A stretch of 64,000 nucleotides of DNA from a virus, in the IMG/VR virus record IMGVR_UViG_3300046337_000201, positions 1-64,000 of that record, one strand, 5' to 3'. Below, piece by piece: positions 57,996 through 64,000 of this stretch. The position numbers were made by a program, and so were the translations under genes. Below the pieces are notes generated by a model, which was not told where the DNA came from, did not search any database, and saw only the letters and a list, made by a program, of their open reading frames with translations. The stretch's first letter is position 1. Every line of letters starts with the position of its first letter.

Positions 57996-60185
57996 TTAAA
58001 TTTTACCTCCTTTTTCTAATAGGAATGATTTTAAAGAAGCAAATAACAACATACCTCTATTTGGGTCAGCAATTTTACATTGGTTAGCATCAAATATGAT
58101 ATAAGCCTCAGTTTTATGTGCATTTGAACTTTTATCAGGAACATTTGGATTGCTCTCGTAAAAATTAATGCCATCGTATATGTGCGTTTGAGCTATCTTT
58201 TGTAACATTTTAGGGTTATTCCTTATATATACCCATGTTTCTAATGCAGGAGTGCTATTAGATAAGAATAAAGGATTAACTTCTAATTGCTCCATTGTGA
58301 GACCAGTTGTTAGGTACATGTAATCAAAAAATTCTTTTGACTTAATGAGTTCAGTTCCAAAATGTGTTAAATCTAATGGATTCCTAATATTTAAAAAGAA
58401 AGGGATAACATATCCATTACCACCACCTTGTAAATCTGAAAAGAATTGTGAGTACTCTCTATTCACCGCAAAATATGCAGCAGGGAATTTATCAAAAATG
58501 AAATAAGAAAACTCTTGACCCGTCCCATGCCAAACCACTCTAGGTTCATAATTAGATGTCAATACCTTTGAACATTCCAATTCAATTGCATCAGTGTCTT
58601 TATATATGAATGAAAGCTCCCAATCACCAAACCACTCTTTGAATTGTGGAGTTCTAATAATTTCGTTTAGCCCAATGCTTAAATCACTTGTTTCACCATT
58701 TGGTGTAAAAAAGTCAGTTGCCTCCGAAGTAGGAGCATATACTCCCTGATATTCGTGTTTTATTTCAATAAATGATTGCTCAAAAAGGTCATCAAAAAAT
58801 TGGTCAGTAGCCATTTTCTCTTCAATACCTTTAAAATTTAGCTCATTTATCTTCTTTTGCTTTTCATCAATAAGTTGAGTAATCTCTATTTTTTGTTCAA
58901 ATTCAATTGGACTAACTAATGTCCTCATAAATAGCAATTGACCTAAATCTTTTTTAACTTGGTCTATTTCACTAAGTGTTGTGCTATTAGGTGTTATTGG
59001 TGTTGTACCACTATCTGCTTTTGGAACTAAAATAGGTTTGTCAAATATTTCCTCTAAATTGTAATATTCTTCAATAAATAAATGATAATTTTTAAATAAA
59101 GTTTCAAATGATATTGTAGTAGTTACTTGTGATTTTTCATTAATATTAAAAAACTCTATTTCTTTTTCTAATATATTAATATTAACAATTTTTAATAGAT
59201 ATTCAATTTTTTGAGATTTTGCAACTGCTTTAATCACATCGCCTATTACAAAAAACTCGCTTCTATATAATATAGTAGAATTTTTTGTATCTACATAAAT
59301 AATATCCCACTTAGAATTTTCTTGTTTATTAGCTTTTTCATTAACACCATCAATTATAATACCTTCTAAAGTAATAAGAGATATGCCATAATTCTCACCT
59401 CCACTAGCACTTTTACTATTTGCTTTAATGATTTGAATATCGTACTTTTTACTTTCTATTAATTCTTTCCAATAATCATCATATAGACTCCTAGTAAATC
59501 CTCTATCAATACCATTTATAGACCAAAAAGTTGGTTTTTTTGTAATAGATTCAACATTCATTTCATTGTAGATGCTACCATCTGATTTTATTGTTGTTTT
59601 AACAACATCCCCTTTTTTAACTTTTTGTAACTCCTCTAATATATCCATATTTGAAACTTGAGGCTGATTTACAAATATTTGTTTAATCTTGCCATTTGCA
59701 ACGTCATTTTCAAATGTTTTTTTATTTAAAAATAGTAAACTACCGCTTCTAGCTTTTTTTAATGCATATTGTTGTACACTTTTAATAGTATCATCAATAG
59801 TCCACGTTTCTCCTGATGACATATCCTCAAAAGTATCGCCAACTTTAAACTTAAATGAATTATCTATTGTTGTAGTTGTTGGTGAAGATGCAAATATTCT
59901 ACCTAATAGACGATTAATACCATCCATTAATTCTCTTTCTCTTTGAATATCAGTTACTTTAACATTAAAATAAAAATATACAAAATCAGTACGAGAGTCA
60001 TTTAATTTCCTATTAATTACAATACTATATTCTCCTAACTCATTAAAAATATCTTGAGCATCATCATTATTTATTAAATTTCTAGGAATAAAAAAATATC
60101 TTTCAGTAGTATTACCAATTTGATATAATTCTAAAGTAAAATTTTTATTTGGGAATGGTATGCTAACTCTTATTTTGTATGCCAT
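57996..60185 (-). CDS. polyvalent-type protein with C-terminal ADP-ribosyltransferase-like domain
   Basis: RTPQFKEWFGDW, EPRVVWHGT, FLNIRNP, YDG; ends LEKGG. Confidence 0.7.
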   Translation of the reverse strand: MAYKIRVSIPFPNKNFTLELYQIGNTTERYFFIPRNLINNDDAQDIFNELGEYSIVINRKLNDSRTDFVYFYFNVKVTDIQRERELMDGINRLLGRIFASSPTTTTIDNSFKFKVGDTFEDMSSGETWTIDDTIKSVQQYALKKARSGSLLFLNKKTFENDVANGKIKQIFVNQPQVSNMDILEELQKVKKGDVVKTTIKSDGSIYNEMNVESITKKPTFWSINGIDRGFTRSLYDDYWKELIESKKYDIQIIKANSKSASGGENYGISLITLEGIIIDGVNEKANKQENSKWDIIYVDTKNSTILYRSEFFVIGDVIKAVAKSQKIEYLLKIVNINILEKEIEFFNINEKSQVTTTISFETLFKNYHLFIEEYYNLEEIFDKPILVPKADSGTTPITPNSTTLSEIDQVKKDLGQLLFMRTLVSPIEFEQKIEITQLIDEKQKKINELNFKGIEEKMATDQFFDDLFEQSFIEIKHEYQGVYAPTSEATDFFTPNGETSDLSIGLNEIIRTPQFKEWFGDWELSFIYKDTDAIELECSKVLTSNYEPRVVWHGTGQEFSYFIFDKFPAAYFAVNREYSQFFSDLQGGGNGYVIPFFLNIRNPLDLTHFGTELIKSKEFFDYMYLTTGLTMEQLEVNPLFLSNSTPALETWVYIRNNPKMLQKIAQTHIYDGINFYESNPNVPDKSSNAHKTEAYIIFDANQCKIADPNRGMLLFASLKSFLLEKGGKI

Positions 60186-60187
60186 TA

Positions 60188-61390
60188 TTATGCGTTTATA
60201 TATTTGTCAACAAGCTTTTGATTACCCAATAGTAAAGCCATTTGAATCTTGTGTGGCAATTCATCAAAAACAATATTGTGTGTATTTTTTAAATAATTCT
60301 TATAATTACTTTTAGTAATATGAAAATCTTGATTACCATTTTCCAATTGAAATAATGTAAATGGTGGTACTACTTTATCAATAATTTGAATCATTCCCCC
60401 TTTTTCTAGTTTATGACCATATAATTTTTTGAAAGCTTCACTTGGAGGTAAATGATGGTGTTTAACTCCATATTCTTTTTGACTAGGTATTTTATAGGTA
60501 CCATCGTCTCCTATTTCAAACCCTTCATAGAATTTACTATTTGTTACTCCACCCTCTTGCATTTTATGTTGACAACCACATGAGGAAACTATTTCGCTAT
60601 CCTTCATTGTTTTTCCACCATACTTGTATGACTTTCCACTAACCATTATGTGTTTAGGCACATCACCTCCTTTTGCAAAAGAGACACCCCCACCACCTTC
60701 ATTGATACGAGAAAGAATTTCTCTATTAGTTAGCATTTCACCTTCAAACTCCCTTTTTTCATTATCACTAACTGCGTTACGAGTAATTACAACCTCACCT
60801 CCCTCCATTTCTAGTGGACTATTGGTTGACTTGTTTATTGCTTTTATTCCACCCTCACTATGTCTTTTCCCAACTAGCAAACCACCAACACTACCTGATT
60901 TATGAATCATTTCATTTTTTATCTTTGCATTGTCAGGATTAACTTCTCCACCTTTTTCCATTTTATTTGTTTTACTATGGTATTCCAAATAATCTTTTAA
61001 TTCATTTAAAGTTGTTGTTTCTTTATAATATTCTCCATCATAACTTTGGGCAATCCATGTTCCCTTAGTATATTGTTTATTAATATTATATAACATACCA
61101 TTTATTATTGTAGTATAACCTCCACCACCTTTATTATATATTTTTTTATATATTAAACCACCTTTTTCAAAGGTTGATTCCATTTTAGCTAATTTCTTAT
61201 AATAATCTATATTTTCATCTAAATGTTGTAAAGCAATTGTTCTTTGCACATCCTTAGAATTAGAATGCTCACTTTCTACCTTCATACCTTTCCTTAATTG
61301 CGTACTTGCATAAAGTAAAGACACACCCTTTTCCTTAGCTATTTTAGAAATATTCTTAGACGACTTTAAAGGTTTTAAGGTATTTTTCAT
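60188..61390 (-). CDS. modular protein with DUF5661-like N-terminus and GG motifs
   Basis: GMKVESEH...IALQHLDE..DYY; FEKGG, MEKGG, FAKGG, MQEGG, LEKGG; GKRHSEGG/EMEGGE. Confidence 0.7.
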   Translation of the reverse strand: MKNTLKPLKSSKNISKIAKEKGVSLLYASTQLRKGMKVESEHSNSKDVQRTIALQHLDENIDYYKKLAKMESTFEKGGLIYKKIYNKGGGGYTTIINGMLYNINKQYTKGTWIAQSYDGEYYKETTTLNELKDYLEYHSKTNKMEKGGEVNPDNAKIKNEMIHKSGSVGGLLVGKRHSEGGIKAINKSTNSPLEMEGGEVVITRNAVSDNEKREFEGEMLTNREILSRINEGGGGVSFAKGGDVPKHIMVSGKSYKYGGKTMKDSEIVSSCGCQHKMQEGGVTNSKFYEGFEIGDDGTYKIPSQKEYGVKHHHLPPSEAFKKLYGHKLEKGGMIQIIDKVVPPFTLFQLENGNQDFHITKSNYKNYLKNTHNIVFDELPHKIQMALLLGNQKLVDKYINA

Positions 61391-61421
61391 TAAAAAACAA
61401 ATTTGATATAAAAATAAGTAT

Positions 61422-61429
61422 TAAATTTG
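61422..61429 (+). promoter_or_regulatory. TAAATTTG -7 promoter box
   Basis: TTTG also at 61402-61405; upstream of ATG 61467. Confidence 0.5.
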
Positions 61430-61466
61430 ATATGTAATATATTTTTCACCCCTAAATCTATCAATC

Positions 61467-61583
61467 ATGGGAACAGGTTTCTTAGACATCAAGTCTCCAA
61501 ACTGGTTAGGCGGTAACAATGTACACAATACAATCGTAATTGTGGGTGTTGCTTACTTAGTTTACAAGGCTTGGAAAAAGTAG
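61467..61583 (+). CDS. 38-aa membrane peptide, lone plus-strand gene (not in ORF track)
   Basis: MGTGFLDIKSPNWLGGNNVHNTIVIVGVAYLVYKAWKK; own promoter box and hairpin. Confidence 0.75.
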   Translation: MGTGFLDIKSPNWLGGNNVHNTIVIVGVAYLVYKAWKK

Positions 61584-61620
61584 TAGCTCACCTGCGTGAG
61601 CCAATCTTTGGACACTAAAT

Positions 61621-61653
61621 ACCCTATATTTCGAGATGATTTATAGGGTTTTT
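61621..61653. terminator. terminator between convergent genes
   Basis: ACCCTATA/TATAGGGT stem + T run. Confidence 0.6.
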
Positions 61654-61658
61654 AGATT

Positions 61659-62906
61659 TTATGATAGTCTTTTTATATCCTCACTAAATGTTTTTGCAAT
61701 ATCCCTCCAATCTAAACCTCTTATAAATTCTAAAGCTTTGTCTAGTCTATTTTCTAAATCAATGCTATCTTCTTGCTTTTGATTGTAAATTAATTCCAAT
61801 GTATCAGATATTTCATAAAGGTCACTTTGAAAACGTATGATATTATCTACCATAGCCACAATAGGGTACAATGTTTCTATAAAATAGCTTCTTTCTCCAT
61901 TTGCACCTCCTAAAGTTAGGAATGAAGTGTGTCTTGGTATGATTGTAGGCACACGACAAGCCATCGCCTCAGTCACTGTAAGTTCCCATCCACCCCCCGT
62001 AGCGGTAGTCAAAAACACATCCAATGAGTTGTAAATCATATTTAATTTCTCTACGCTAACTCCTACATGACCCTCTTCTATTGGCATAAACATGTAATCA
62101 ATACCCTCTTGTAATGGTGTCTGAGACATAATAGTCCTTAAATTCCAACCCATAGGGTCATTTGGGTCACAATGTAGGTATAAGAATGATTTTGGGTTTT
62201 TCTCCCAATATTCCATAAATCCAAAAATTGTTGTTGGAATGTCTTTCCTAGATTGATTTCTATTTACGCATCCAACTATAAACTTGCTTACATTGGCTTC
62301 TCCAAAATACTCTTTTTTAAATTTTTTAAGTTTTGCTTCCTCCTCATTTTCCAATATTGGGTAAAAGTCTTTTGTGTTTCCACCATGTGGGATAACCTTA
62401 ATCTTGGTTTTTAAGTCAGGTCTAAGTATATTGAACATACTACGACCATATTCGGTGAATGTAGCCAATTGGTCAAAAAACTCTAATCCTTTAACTAAAT
62501 TAGGTGTAAGTGCAAAATCAATAGGAAAGTATAGAATGCTTTTAAATAGCTTTTTGTTTTCCTTTTTCTTATCGTCTAATATCTTTTTAACATGTGGAAC
62601 CATTGGAGTGACTACTCCTAAATCTTGTAATATGAATGATATGTCATAATTGCCATCCATTAATGATTTCATGAATACATATCTACCAAAGTCATCTTTG
62701 GCTACATCGTTCCTTTTAGCAGATATTACTCGTATGTTCTCATCTACTGAGTAGTTTTCCTCGAAATAGTTAACCGCAACTATATCTAGTTTTAGGCTAC
62801 TACCAAATATCTTTTTCCAATTATTGACTAAGTTTTTAGAAACTGTGCTAAAACCCGTAATGCTATTGTAGTCAAACAAAGCAATCATTTTTATTTCTTT
62901 CTTCAT
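61659..62906 (-). CDS. glycosyltransferase family 4 (GT-B)
   Basis: TGFS, IPHG, NRNQSRK, GGGWELTVTEAMAC. Confidence 0.85.
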   Translation of the reverse strand: MKKEIKMIALFDYNSITGFSTVSKNLVNNWKKIFGSSLKLDIVAVNYFEENYSVDENIRVISAKRNDVAKDDFGRYVFMKSLMDGNYDISFILQDLGVVTPMVPHVKKILDDKKKENKKLFKSILYFPIDFALTPNLVKGLEFFDQLATFTEYGRSMFNILRPDLKTKIKVIPHGGNTKDFYPILENEEEAKLKKFKKEYFGEANVSKFIVGCVNRNQSRKDIPTTIFGFMEYWEKNPKSFLYLHCDPNDPMGWNLRTIMSQTPLQEGIDYMFMPIEEGHVGVSVEKLNMIYNSLDVFLTTATGGGWELTVTEAMACRVPTIIPRHTSFLTLGGANGERSYFIETLYPIVAMVDNIIRFQSDLYEISDTLELIYNQKQEDSIDLENRLDKALEFIRGLDWRDIAKTFSEDIKRLS

Positions 62907-62933
62907 TTTGTGGTCTTTTTTTAAATTTAAAAT

Positions 62934-62985
62934 AGGGGAGGATAAGCCCCAACGGAATACTAAAACGTTATATTATTCCTCCCCT
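62934..62985 (-). terminator. hairpin downstream of the tRNA-like RNA
   Basis: AGGGGAGGA/TCCTCCCCT inverted repeat, long loop. Confidence 0.4.
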
Positions 62986-63023
62986 TTGCCCTTCATATTT
63001 ACTTCGTCTAGGCTATCGAAGTG

Positions 63024-63113
63024 CAGTCAGGATAGGATTCGAACCTATAATAGCCGTAATGCGTACGAAAGCCCACACCCAACTCTATTTGACACCAACA
63101 CTGCCACCTGACT
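63024..63113 (-). ncRNA. tRNA-like RNA without an assignable anticodon
   Basis: Acceptor stem AGTCAGG/CCTGACT; T-arm ATAGG-TTCGAAT-CCTAT; aberrant central arm. Confidence 0.65.
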
Positions 63114-63230
63114 ATGATACCATTTTTGCTAAAGGACACCAACGATATTACTACCTTATTTGGCTATAAATGGTCAAACCTTTGGAGACCTACGATACTA
63201 AGACCATAGGAAAGCCATTAAATGCTATTT

Positions 63231-63647
63231 TTAATGTTTTATTATTAGATAAGTTGAAGCAGCTCCAACCACTAGATATACCCATTTTTGTATCTTTTGT
63301 GATTTTAGTTGCTTAATCTGAATATCGTATATTCTTTGACTATTTTGCACATATTGGTTTAAATGAAATATCTTTTTATTATTTGTGCTATCTACCTTTC
63401 TCCAATATTGGTCTTTTTGACCATACCTCAATAATAGACTATCTTTTATAATTATTCTATTTTGCAAATACGCAACCTTCTGCTTAGTGTCAATAAGTTC
63501 TTCTTCAGTTACCTTTCCTCTTTCTATTACGTTAATTGCTATTCTAAGCTTGGAATTAGGTATTGCAGTTAAGCTATCTAAGTTCTGAGAAATAGCGTTG
63601 TATTTCGATAGAATTAAAATTATTAGAATGACGATTAGCTTTTTCAT
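63231..63647 (-). CDS. signal peptide + coiled coil + C-terminal TM (spanin-like)
   Basis: Overlaps the upstream TM/coiled-coil gene by 74 nt. Confidence 0.45.
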   Translation of the reverse strand: MKKLIVILIILILSKYNAISQNLDSLTAIPNSKLRIAINVIERGKVTEEELIDTKQKVAYLQNRIIIKDSLLLRYGQKDQYWRKVDSTNNKKIFHLNQYVQNSQRIYDIQIKQLKSQKIQKWVYLVVGAASTYLIIKH

Positions 63648-63930
63648 ACTTTTTATTTAGGGATTGAATTTTAATATCTAATTGTTCTAGTTTAAACTTC
63701 AAATTGTCATCTTTTGACTTCAATACGAGTATTTCGTATGATTTTAGGTTTATGCTATCGTGTAACTTACCATTTATTGAATCTAAAATTTTGTTATCCA
63801 ACAATAGGGAGTCATTTTCTAGTTTTAATGCCTTAACTGCATTTTCGCCTATTCCCTTTTCGTTTTGAACATAAGTTAGAATTATCATTCCAATGAATGC
63901 ACTAACCATAACTAATACAAAGTATTTCAT
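63574..63930 (-). CDS. N-terminal TM coiled-coil protein (i-spanin-like)
   Basis: TM followed by heptads. Confidence 0.45.
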   Translation of the reverse strand: MKYFVLVMVSAFIGMIILTYVQNEKGIGENAVKALKLENDSLLLDNKILDSINGKLHDSINLKSYEILVLKSKDDNLKFKLEQLDIKIQSLNKKYEKANRHSNNFNSIEIQRYFSELR

Positions 63931-64000
63931 AAAATTTCCATTTCAAGTGAATTAATTTCTTTTGCTTCCTTATCGTCAAAACCTTTTATAAACTTATTTA

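Noticed and set aside
60188-61390. Tape measure protein, suggested by FAKGG and H..GG/E.EGGE motifs
   Set aside because: Only 400 aa, no long helical repeat region and no neighbouring tail genes
62908-63111. 67-aa plus-strand ORF
   Set aside because: Antisense to the tRNA-like element and hairpin; TTG start and no protein features
1-64000. Eukaryotic giant virus (NCLDV) origin suggested by the A32-like ATPase, mucin and glycosyltransferases
   Set aside because: Holin, endolysins, RecT, overlapping operonic genes, intrinsic terminators and Bacteroidota promoters point to a bacterial host
1-64000. Stop-codon reassignment
   Set aside because: Coding density is high under code 11, and TAA, TAG and TGA all end genes at sensible boundaries

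Overview
AT-rich fragment of a large dsDNA bacteriophage, probably infecting Bacteroidota. Evidence for the host: TAnnTTTG promoter boxes, no Shine-Dalgarno sites, three peptidoglycan hydrolases. Nt 1-7852 (+ strand) hold small early genes, a minimal PolB-like protein, an RNAP alpha-CTD-like protein, a PD-(D/E)xK exonuclease and RecT. Nt 7812-63930 are almost all one minus-strand block, containing: (i) a glycosyl-/methyl-/sulfo-transferase cluster with an APS kinase, around a 1295-aa mucin-like Thr-rich protein; (ii) four Cys-rich G/N repeat fibre-like paralogues; (iii) about 30 small membrane proteins around a beta-rich capsid candidate, an A32/FtsK-type packaging ATPase and an HExxH protease; (iv) lysis genes; (v) modular 'cargo' proteins punctuated by a [MFYL]xxGG motif, plus an ADP-ribosyltransferase-like domain and a MoxR-type AAA+. 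There are also five free-standing homing endonucleases and a tRNA-like RNA. I see no terminase, portal, HK97 capsid, tail tube or tape measure. Best overall reading (inference): an unusually large tailless, internal-membrane, jelly-roll-type virus with a glycosylated and possibly sulfated surface, and two recurrent peptide motifs that may be maturation or sorting signals. Family assignments come from motif recognition by eye; no searches were run.
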